A stretch of 58,862 nt of DNA, taken from contig JAUCBJ010003057.1 in NCBI GenBank assembly GCA_032718475.1, positions 1-58,862 of the forward strand, read 5' to 3'. The stretch comes from Nemertoderma westbladi (Eukaryota > Animalia > Xenacoelomorpha). Made by a program: the position numbers and the translations under genes. The notes below the pieces were generated by a model. It saw only the letters and a program-made list of their open reading frames with translations, searched no databases and was not told where the DNA came from. Below are positions 37,501 through 46,614 of the stretch, in pieces. Each line of letters starts with the position of its first letter. Positions within the stretch are counted from its first letter, which is position 1.

Positions 37501-38957
37501 GACAGTGGCCCAGACAAATTGTTCATCATCATATATATTGATATATGTTTAATTCAGTCAAGCCGACAAATATAAGGGTAGATATAAGCACTGTACTGCA
37601 CGTTAAAGAGCGATTTTAACACAATATATTAATATTAAATAGCATATATAATAATATATTAATAATACGAATAAAGATTAAAATGTTGCTTTGCACAATA
37701 AGTTGGCGAGTAAAAAGGCGGCGCAGCGCCAACAACAAGTAAAATGGACTATATAAGTTTATAATGTCCAATAAAACTACGAACTGTCGAGTAAATAAAA
37801 GCTTTCCGTAAGTAAATTCATATAAGATTGTCGAATAAGTAAAGTGAAGTAAGGAGAAAGAGCCCCATAAAATAAAACATCATGACTATAGAATTGAGCA
37901 AATCAGCTAAGACTATGTACTTCATCCTAGTGAAAGATTCTCGTGTTTCTTTGAGTATAAACACTCCATAAACTAAACAATCCCAATTGTATCGCTGCTT
38001 TAGGCAGATGTGAGTGAAGTATATCAGCAATTTGTAGTTCAAGAATAACAGGCTTTCAAGAATAACCGCTTTCAAATAACCGGAATTCCGGAATAACCGG
38101 AATTCAAGAAAAACAGGCTTTGGTTTTCACTAAAAAGTGAAAAACCAAGGTTACAGAAGGGCTGCATCTAACGGGGTAGCTCAGTTGGTTGAGCGCCGGG
38201 CCTGCAATCTATTGGTTGTAGGTTCAGCCCCGCCAGGGTCCACTCAGCCTTCCATCCACTGGGGTCGATAAAATGATTACCAGTTAAATAACTGGGAGCA
38301 AATGTTGGCATAGGAGTAGCGCCCACCCCTACCCTCGGGTATCAGATAGGAGTAGCGCCCACCCCTACCCTCGGGTATCAGATAGGAGTAGCGCCCACCC
38401 CTACCCTCGGGTATCAGCTACGCTTTTTTTTGCTTTGAATCTAACCAAACTAATAAACGAATTCGAATCCGTACAGGTTATAAGCTAGAAACCAAGCCAA
38501 ATAATACACGTTCGTGGGGCCTTCGCTCACTAAGGCTCACTCACTTCGTGGCTCGCCCCACACTTAACAAGGAGAAATGTAAAAAATACAAATTCTTCGT
38601 ATATATTAAATTCCAATAAAATTTCGACCGAAAGTGAAAACCGGGTATTCTTCACATGGGCGTCTGGGTTTGCGCACCAGGTACGAAATTGTAATGTCTG
38701 GGCACGGCTTGACACCTGGGACCTGACCTCCCAGCTAGAAGAAAAGCGTCCACCAGTGACCAGCTAGCTGTAGGTTCATTAAAAGAAATACCATAAATAC
38801 CGGTACATTAGCTACTCGACGTTACCTTTAATTTTCTTCCACGTTTCAAGAAAATATGGGATAATTATATGGAATAACAAGTAGTCGTTTTCCACTACTA
38901 GGTCCATCGTCAGATGCTCAGATCGTCTCTGCACACAGACGACCATACAGACGTACA
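10548..38957 (-). CDS. Spliced gene (or recent pseudogene) of unknown function; exons 38826-38957, 35968-36627, 35542-35652, 33950-34128, 11001-11280, 10782-10871, (10548-10663); 5' end unresolved
   Basis: Each exon is bounded by AG/GT and the intron phases (1,1,1,0,1,1) chain into one frame: ...FLETWKKIK|AEAEKKKERSEKRKRRKK...CIQFT|SKRKTNY...LLKNWD|IDKKLELY...YIDVDH|FPVGKII...PSCRN|VVSGNITML*. The first stop is TAA at 10843-10845, either the true end (~460 aa) or a nonsense mutation. Confidence 0.6.
10782..10871 (-). CDS. Exon containing in-frame TAA (VSGNITML*AYLMFYQNENFKLKSIIALQ)
   Basis: Acceptor ccatttcag, donor AAG|gtgaaa; 90 bp, phase 1/1; TAA at 10843-10845. Confidence 0.5.
11001..11280 (-). 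CDS. Exon of the spliced gene (FPVGKIIKRF...LALLLLDGGSDPLK...YALEIALPSCRN)
   Basis: Acceptor ttttctttttttttag, donor G|gtaaaa; 280 bp, phase 0/1; overlaps ORF 10990-11274. Confidence 0.7.
11742..12650. repeat. 43/48-bp minisatellite, left block (~20 units)
   Basis: Core cgataaataggtgccctcctataatctttgtgatttgttc followed by cag (43 bp) or tgaatatc (48 bp). Confidence 0.98.
12651..13208 (-). mobile_element. Ty3/Gypsy (CsRn1/Kabuki-like) integrase fragment
   Basis: TCARALVFHWVALFGVPAELTSDHGAQFTSELW...RTTAYHPQANGLVERFHR...WVDELPWTLLGYRTAPKEDL.SSAELVYG...YVFVRTDAHRGPLQRPYTG: second D and E of the DDE triad, truncated at the GPY/F motif; GC-rich relative to its flanks. Confidence 0.93.
14297..14423. 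repeat. 21-bp minisatellite, ~6 copies
   Basis: Unit atgggaatctaattggaaca(a/t); gives the spurious FQLDSH/FPLDSH ORF. Confidence 0.93.
14445..33693. repeat. 43/48-bp minisatellite, main block (~19.2 kb, roughly 400-450 units)
   Basis: Same two unit types interspersed, with recurrent point variants (tag/cag, aaat/atat, ggtg/ggcg, ctcc/ctac/ttcc). Confidence 0.99.
33950..34128 (-). CDS. Exon of the spliced gene (DKKLELYVRLPTVTWSKLFVGLLNRDERAAKVDKILEKALQNWECEHGGLEARYIDVDH)
   Basis: Acceptor tttgtcaccgcag, donor gtatgt; 179 bp open, phase 1/0. Confidence 0.72.
34240..35455. mobile_element. Fold-back/non-autonomous DNA-transposon-like element in an intron
   Basis: Poly-G + tcactaatt on the left mirrors aattagtga + poly-C on the right; ~140-bp sub-repeats ending in tgtctgtc (34540-34900) are mirrored by gacagaca...aaaactgac...aaaattttcagct (34917-35030). 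Confidence 0.6.
35542..35652 (-). CDS. Exon of the spliced gene (KRKTNYDRIIYDVFLKLSQCEIDVDNGVRLLLKNWD)
   Basis: Strong acceptor tttttttactttgcag, donor gtaagt; 111 bp open, phase 1/1. Confidence 0.72.
35968..36627 (-). CDS. Large exon of the spliced gene: basic NLS-like stretch plus Ser/Thr/acidic low-complexity region
   Basis: Within ORF 35963-36667; acceptor tattgtattgcag, donor A|gttagt; 660 bp, phase 1/1. Confidence 0.65.
36705..37507. repeat. 40-43-bp intronic minisatellite, ~19-20 copies
   Basis: Unit taactaagtaccacgtctagggacagtgac(ccc/ccac/accc)gactcag. Confidence 0.97.
38100..38662 (-). mobile_element. MITE-like dispersed repeat (GCCCATGTGAAG ends), interrupted by a SINE; left boundary approximate
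   Basis: Reverse-complement match to 54657-54941 (ggttacagaagggct..atctaaccaaa..aataaacga; cgaccgaaagtgaaa...ggtattcttcacatgggc). Confidence 0.7.
38173..38438 (+). mobile_element. tRNA-derived SINE (Cys-like GCA loop) with conserved central body and TSD
   Basis: A box tagctcagttgg, B-box-like ggttcagccc; body gtccactcagccttccatcc..ggggtcgataaaatga.taccag typical of widespread metazoan SINE central domains; three tandem 37-bp units; T-rich tail; ATCTAAC on both sides (38166-38172, 38439-38445). Confidence 0.85.
38826..38957 (-). CDS. Exon of the spliced gene (YVCMVVCVQRRSEHLTMDLVVENDYLLFHIIIPYFLETWKKIK)
   Basis: Acceptor ccttgccag, donor AAG|gtaacg, 132 bp open; phase 1 matches the next exon. 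Confidence 0.55.
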
Positions 38958-40433
38958 CTGGCAAGGAAATGGCAGGCGAATTTACAGCCGTGAATTACAA
39001 AATTAAATTAGTACATAATATCCATGTGTGTGTGTAGTTCTACTTACTTCCATATTTACATACATGTATACTACTAAAATTATAAAAGTAACTGTATACT
39101 GGTATTAATTGGTATATGGTACTAATGTTAGGTTAGGACAGTAGGGAATCGAATATATTAATATATTATAGCCTAAGCGAATGACTTGTTGGCCTATTGC
39201 AGAACAGGCCTAATCAATATTGTAAGTCTGATCAATAATTAGTAACTTTTATTTTGTAGCGAAAATAATACTTATTAACATTTAAATCTTTATACATAAA
39301 TAATTAATTTATACACAAAAATAAATTAACCTATTAAAGAACCTTTATCATCTCGACAAAAGATCTCGACATCTCGACAATGCGGCCATGCGCAATGGTA
39401 AGAGTAACATAGAAAAATACCTTATTACTTATAGATGTTCTTAGTAATCGCAAAATGAAAAGCATTGCTATATGAATGAATAACCTTCGTAAGATATGAT
39501 TGGTCACAAGATGGGGGCCCTGGAACATGAGCAAAGACGTCGAGAATTTAGATGGAATTCCGGCTGGTAACGGTTGGGACTCAAATAATAGTGCATTATT
39601 ATCATTGTCACAATATGGCTTGGCTGATGTAAACAATCTATCGTAATCATAATAATATATGAGCTCTGTCTGTAATGAATTACTTTCATTGGATAATGTA
39701 ATGACGTCAATATTTGGGCTTATTGTAGCGGTTTGTTTTTAATGATATCCTCTCTCGTTTAAATAAATCGTGTTTTACTATCGTGTTTTGGCAGGCCTCG
39801 GCTTTAGACAAAAACTACCCAGTCTAAAGACGGGTGCTTTATTATTATGAAGTAATAATAAGTATCTCTTCAATTTCTTATGAAAACAACGGCGTAATGT
39901 TAATTATTAATTTATTTACGCGCTTTATAGGCTTAATAGGGTTGGTGCGTGAAATAATTGTTGGGCTAGAAACAATTGAACAAGGGGTAATAAGGTGTCC
40001 TGAATCGAGTGGAGGGGTGTGGTTTTTGTAAAAACACGTGGAAACGGTCGAAATAACAGGTTTAAGTAAGGACGGGCAAATTTTTAAAATCTGTAGCAAC
40101 CAATCACAGCCGATTTTCAAAATTTGCTTTACGAAGCAATATAACATCTGGAGAAAACAGAAATCTCTGTGTTTTATAGTAGGTCTACTATCTTGAAAGG
40201 GTTGTGGATGTCCGTGTACTATTGCGAGCTATTTTCAAGTCAGTCTTGATACTGGGAAACCAAAACAATAAGGAAAGTGAAGGAACACTTTTTGGAACTT
40301 TTATAGATACAAAGCCGTTTTAGGAGCTTATCGTGCCAGAGGCACGAGAAAGCCATTACAATTGGATTTGGGGAGCATTTATTTATTTTGGTGTTGAATA
40401 ATTGTTTTTGGTGTTTGAATAATTTTTCTAGGT

Positions 40434-41263
40434 TTGCCCTAGTGGACCCTTTGCTCTAGTGGACCCTTTTCCCTAGTGGACCCTTTGCTCTAGTGGACCC
40501 TTTGCTCTAGTGGACCCTTTGCTCTAGGGGACCCTTTGACCTTGTGGACCCTTTGCCCTAGTGTACCCTTTGCCCTAGTGGGCCCTTTGCCCTAGGGGAC
40601 CCTTTGCTCTAGTGGACCCTTTGACCTAGTGGACCCTTTGCCCTAGTGTACCCTCTGCTCTAGTGGGCCCTTTGCCCTAGTGGACCCTTTGCCCTAGTGG
40701 ACCATTGCCATGGTGGACCATTTGACCTAGTGGACCCTTTACCCTATTGGACCCTTTGCCCTAGTGGACCCTTTGACCTAGTGGACCCTTTGCCATAGTG
40801 GTCCTTTTGCCCTAGTGGACCCTTTGCCCTTGTGGACCCTTTTCCCTAGTGGACCCTTTGCCCTAGTGGACCCTTTGCCCTTGTCGACCCTTTGCCTTAG
40901 TGGACCCTTCACCCTATTGGACCCTTTGCCCTAGTGGACCCTTTGCTCTAGTGGACCCTTTTCCCTAGTGGACCCTTTGCTCTAGTGGACCCTTTGACCT
41001 AGTGGACCCTTTGCCATAGTGGTCCCTTTGCCCTAGTGGACCCTTTGCCCTTGTGGACCCTTTTCCCTAGTGGACCCTTTGCCCTAGTGGACCCTTTGCC
41101 CTTGTCGACCCTTTGCCTTAGTGGACCCTTCACCCTATTGGACCCTTTGCCCTAGTGGACCCTTTGCTCTAGTGGACCCTTTTCCCTAGTGGACCCTTTG
41201 CTCTAGTGGACCCTTTGCTCTAGTGGACCCTTTGCTCTAGTGGACCCTTTGACCTTGTGGACC
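40434..41263. repeat. 17-bp minisatellite, left block (~49 units)
   Basis: Unit ctttgccctagtggacc with variants. Confidence 0.97.
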
Positions 41264-42051
41264 TGAAGAATCCGAATAAAGGTATTCTAGATTGCAACGA
41301 TAATAATAATCAATAGCTTTATTCAACAAAAGTAAGAAAAAGGACAACGGACAGACTAAAAATCAACGGTAGGCACAAACCGGTAAAAAGAAAAACCCAG
41401 TTAGCAGTCTGTTGCAGTTAGTACTGTAGTGTGTGTCATAAACAAAGATACTGTAGATATCGCAGTTTGTGGCGCCACAACCCCCCCCCCCCCCCCCCCC
41501 CAGAGGAGGACTACGACGCGATGATAGCTGCCTGGAAACGAACGGGCTGTCTGATAGAGCGGCCTGACCTGGAAGTTAGTAGTGGCGCTGGAGGAGGCAG
41601 GATTGGTGTAGGAGGCGGCGCTGGAGTCGGCACAGCTTGAAGACCTGCGACTTCTGCCCAAGTAGGTGGTGACCGCGAGATGTAAGCCGGCTTCAGCCTA
41701 TCGATGGAGACGTTATCCGGCTTGCCATTCACTTCTAGGGTGTAGTGCTTGTCGTGTTGTGCCAGGATCTTGAAGGGTCCATTGTATGGCCGCTCCAGCG
41801 GTTGTTTGGCCTTCTTGTCCACGCGGACATATACGTAGCCAGTGGCCGCTAGGTGGGCTGGCACCTGCGGCGTGCGTTCGGTGTGATGTGCTGGTGGAGG
41901 TGGGAGAGCCTTGCGCATGTCTGCCTGTAGCTGGCGGGCGAACGTCTCTGACGGCTGCAAGGTGCGGGCGTCGTGAGACTGCAAGAACTCGCCCGGGAGG
42001 CGGAGGGACTCGCCATACACTAGATCGGCCGGCGAGCAGTCAGGGTCCTCT
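41264..42051 (-). mobile_element. Ty3/Gypsy (CsRn1/Kabuki-like) 3' fragment: integrase C-terminus, PPT and partial 3' LTR
   Basis: EDPDCSPADLVYGESLRLPGEF...YVYVRVDKKAKQPLERPYNGPFKIL...DNVSIDRLKPAY...TSRSGRSIRQPVRF, stop at 41511; G-run PPT at 41481-41501; LTR starts TGTGGCGCC at 41479; AATAAA at 41318-41323; ends ~55 nt later. Confidence 0.93.
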
Positions 42052-42945
42052 CTTTGCCCTAGTGGGTCCTTTGCCCTAGGGGAACCTTTACTCTAGTGGA
42101 CCCTTTGACCTAGTGGACCCTTTACCCTAGTGTACCATCTGCTCTAGTGGGCCCTTTGCCCTAGTGGACCATTGCCATGGTGGACCATTTGACCTAGTGG
42201 ACCATTTACCCTATTGGACCCTTTGCCCTAGTGGACCCTTTGACCTAGTGGACCCTTTGCCCTAGTGGACCCTTTGCCCTAGTGGACCCTTTGCCCTTGT
42301 GGACCCTTTGCCCTAGTGGACCCTTTGCCCTAGTGAACCCTTTGCCCTAGTCGACCCTTCGCCTAAGTGGACCCTTTGCCATATTGGACCCTTTGCCCTA
42401 GTGGACCATTGCCATGGTGGACCATTTGAACTAGTGGACCCTTTGCCCTAGTGGACCTTTTCCCTAGTGGATCCTTTGCCCTAGTGGACCCTTTGCCCTA
42501 GTCGACCCTTTGCCTTAGTGGACCCTTTACCCTATTGGACCCTTTGCCCTAGTGGACCATTGCCATGGTGGACCATTTGACCTAGTGGACCCTTTGCCCT
42601 AGTGGACCCTTTCCTTAGTGGATCCTTTGCCCTAGTTGACCATTGCCATGGTGGACCATTTGACCTAGTGGACCCTTTGACCTAGTGGACCCTTTGCCCT
42701 AGTGGACCCTTTGCCCTAGTGGACCCTTTGCCCAAGTGGACCCTTTGCCCTAGTGGACCCTTTGCCATAGTGGACCCTTTTCCCTAGTGGACCATTGCCA
42801 TGGTGGACCACTTGACCTAGTGGACCCTTTGTCCTAGTGTACCCTTTGCCCTAGTGGACCCTTTGCCCTAGTGGACCCTTTGCCTTAGTGGACCCTTTGC
42901 CTTAGTGGACCCTTTGCCCTAGTGGACCCTTTGCCCTAGTGGATA
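42052..42945. repeat. 17-bp minisatellite, right block (~52 units)
   Basis: Same unit resumes in register after the Gypsy fragment. Confidence 0.97.
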
Positions 42946-43450
42946 CAGTTTCGGAGTGGACCCTTTCAACAACAGTGGTTATGTTTTACCTCACAACCGG
43001 AATTCCAAGAAAATTATATTTTCCTGGAATTAATAAAAATAATTGGCAAACAAAACATGATCACCGTGTAAGTCCCATGCAGGTATCCTACCTCTACACA
43101 TAACAGTCTGATAACTTTCTAATCCTGATTAACTAATAGTTTGAAAGTCATTACGAGGCACCCCAGTTAGCCCAAACAGCTGTGGGGAAATAATGAGCTT
43201 GTTGGAGAACGATCATCTGTTGCATAGACAACCGAATAGACAAAGTGGGCGGAAAAAATATTATTATGGAATTAATGATATTATTCATAAATTATTGTAG
43301 AATGTAGACCGATCTGATAGTGAAATGTATCGATAGCTGAACCCTCAAACTGAAATTAATGCAAATCGGTTCTTTTTATAATATACCTGGGTAGAAACTT
43401 ATAAAAATGTATCTACTAATGTAGCTAAAATATATCTGTAACTTATATTA

Positions 43451-43966
43451 TCGCATTTCTTCGAATAAGAGCCTGGGCGTTTAAGTTTATAAATTGCCAA
43501 TTGGGGATGTGTTTATTCGGGGGGGAGGAGGGGGGGGGGGGGTCGTTTATTCGCGGAAGGCGTTTAAGTTCCAAATTATGTGGTTCGAGGGGGGGGGGGG
43601 GGGGGGGGGGCGTTTATATTTATGTTCTAGATTTTCAGCATTTTGAATATAAATACTCTAATAAAGAATGTTGTTAAATTCAAGGAAACAAGTTAAACAA
43701 ATAAAATAATTCAAATAAAATCATGATTATATTTATTACACATACAGCCTATTACCGCGGCCTTACAGTATATTTACCTTCTGTCACATGAGATTTGGCT
43801 CTATATATTAATAGTAATCGTGTGCTAGAGCGCTCACTAATGGTGGCTCGCCCCACATTGTAATATTATTAAACGCCGGGGCGTTTATTCGGGAAGATGT
43901 TTTTGTTGCTAATTTGATGGCAAGGTGGCGTTAATTCGATGGGGACTCTTATTCGAAGAGATGCGG
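43451..43966. mobile_element. Tc1/mariner-type MITE with TA target duplication
   Basis: TA|tcgcatttcttcgaataagagcc ... ggactcttattcgaagagatgcgg|TA imperfect ~22-bp TIRs; internal ggcgtttattcg sub-repeats; no ORF. Confidence 0.8.
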
Positions 43967-46614
43967 TATTTATAGAGCATTAAACAAGAACCTTTGAATA
44001 GGAAAATATTGGGTGCCAAGATGAGTCTTATATCCGGGGCTCTACACTATGAACGTTATATAGGTTGGTTGGTATTCATATTATATCGCATACAACTGAT
44101 TTGGTGTCTTTAAAAAAAAGTTAAATTAAGTTTTCTTCAGGCCAGGGATTAATGGCAAAATATATATATGTAATACATTCGCCACTTTAGATAGCCACAC
44201 ATCCCAGGCGATAAAACTATGTGAAAAGTATAAAGGACCATAGGAATGCGATAACACGTATTTATTGACGCAGAGAAATATATAAACTCAAGTAAAACGA
44301 ACATTATTGAAAATACAACAACTGTACAATTTATATGTAACTACCGTAATAGGGTAAACCTAATAATATTTGATGGCTAGGTAAGTGTTACTTGTATGTG
44401 TAAGTAATAGATTAAACACACAAGATAAAATATACGGCGCAAATGTGTTACTTCACGTTAAGGGGAACTTAAAAAATGTTTTTTTTTTCTAGTAAAATTT
44501 TACATCCATCGTCCCTTTTCCGCCTTTAATACAAAGCATATAGCAATAGAGCACTAAAAATACATTTAATGAATTTTATTTAGATTCCATAGAATTTAAA
44601 AAAATAAAATTTATCGTATACTGGTTGAACAATTTAACGGTAAAAATATATAATTTATCAAAACTCAATATCTATCCGAAAATGTGGTATTTCAATGATG
44701 TTTTTAATATTTTAGTTAAACATAAAAATAAAATTTGAATATAAATATATAATAGTATAAACCATCGTATATATACCCCTTACTTTATTTTAGCAGCAGT
44801 AGCACATTCACATAAGTACCGGTACAAACATACTTACCATAGCTTACATACAAATACAGAAATATATACCAAAACAACAATTCTTTATGTAGTAATCAAA
44901 TCGTACGTAACACAACCACCTGGTTTATAGTAACTCGCGCATACATAGTAGGTTAATATCTTAACTTTGATAAACTAGATACATCGATACCTACAAAACA
45001 TTCAAAAGTTGTCTAAAAAACACCAGATCCTCCTATATTCATAGAAACACACTGTAACAATCACTGCAAGAAAACATTTAAATTTAATAATAATCAAAGC
45101 ACCCGAACACCAGCATTTAAATACACCAATTTATATGGAAATGTAACACCATTAATGCAATTTACTAGAAAATGTAGGAATATTGAAAATATTATTATAT
45201 AATATATTAACCAATTAGTCAGTAATTCACCATTGTACACCGTTTTTATAATATTTAATCAAATCGAAATAATATAAATATATTCGCTAATTGTAAAAGT
45301 TTACCGCACAAAAAAATTAAGGCAATACCGGTAAGTTGATTAACCAACTTTGCAAATAAACTAATAACTAAGTAATAAATCACATTATAATTATTGGTCT
45401 TAATAATATGTGAGGTGGGGGGGGGGGGGGGGGGGGCTGTCATGAAATCACCGACAAAAATAAGTTTAGTTCTAGAGGGAAAGGTTCCAGAGGGGCGTAT
45501 AATTTTCGGATTAATTGGGGGTCGAGAAAACCTGATAATTTATGCAGCGACTCCGAGAGTACCGGACGGACCCTAAATTGTAAACCCAAATAAATGTTGA
45601 GGTATTAAATGTCATTATCCCGTAATATTTACAGTAAAACTTAGTTTGAAAAATGGTAAACCTAAATTTAAACCTTCGGCTATTACATCCCGCTCCAACT
45701 ATTATACTGTAGATCCGACCTCCAATAACAATTGATCGAACTATATTTGTTTAATAAATAAAGCCTCGCAGCAAAACGTTAATGGAAACAAAACATGGAA
45801 AGATACAAAGAAGCTGCCGTATTGCAATAGAGGTACGTGGATTATTATACTTCCGTCGAAATAATTCTCAAAATTACGTTACACATTAGTTAAAGTCAAA
45901 TTTGTGCATCATTTACTATAGTTACGTGTTCTTATTACACCATTACACGTTGCGAAGGGTCTTTTGCTGTTGGCGTTAATAATTGAAAACGTAAAGTAAA
46001 CCTAAAAAACATCGACAAAAATATATTACTTAAAGCGTTAAACGCGAATCCCGATAACCCGTAAAAATTCACATAACGTTTAAAAATTTATTGGCATTAT
46101 AAAACGTCGCCTTATTAATTAAAGCCGCGTAACTAACAGTAATAAATGCCAATAACCAAATTCAAAACGCGAATTACGTAAGAGAGTAAAATAAAAAATC
46201 CAGTAAACATTGTTAATCCAATAACCAAAGGCTATTGTTACAGTTTAGGTACAACAAACAACTTTCGGAGTCCTCATTTCCAATCTATTGGTGGTAATGT
46301 TCCTGATAAAACAAACATATATATCTTTCATTAAAAGTTAAGCAAATAAAAGTCTCTAACATATTGGAACAAATACCTCAGTATTCCCCTAACCAACCCA
46401 ACCCCTATCGAGAGTTCAGACATCTAACGATACATTATTATCAATCAATGTCTTTATTGTATCAAAGTGTCTTTATCTATTGAATTCATCGAATCGAGTT
46501 AATATTACAAATTTACAACTCGATTTGGTTGAGATTAACGGCTAGAATTTTTGGTTAATCGATGTTTGTTCTTTTCCCCACAACCGCTAACAAGGAGGTC
46601 CTTAGCAACCACAA

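Noticed and set aside
38173-38245. Functional tRNA-Cys gene
   Set aside because: The anticodon and acceptor stems do not pair properly, and it runs straight into a SINE body with a tail and TSD.
39485-39637. Upstream exon of the spliced gene (FTSAKPYC...HLVTNHILR)
   Set aside because: The open frame ends in phase 2 at its best donor, incompatible with the phase-1 exon at 38957 unless an unseen exon lies between.
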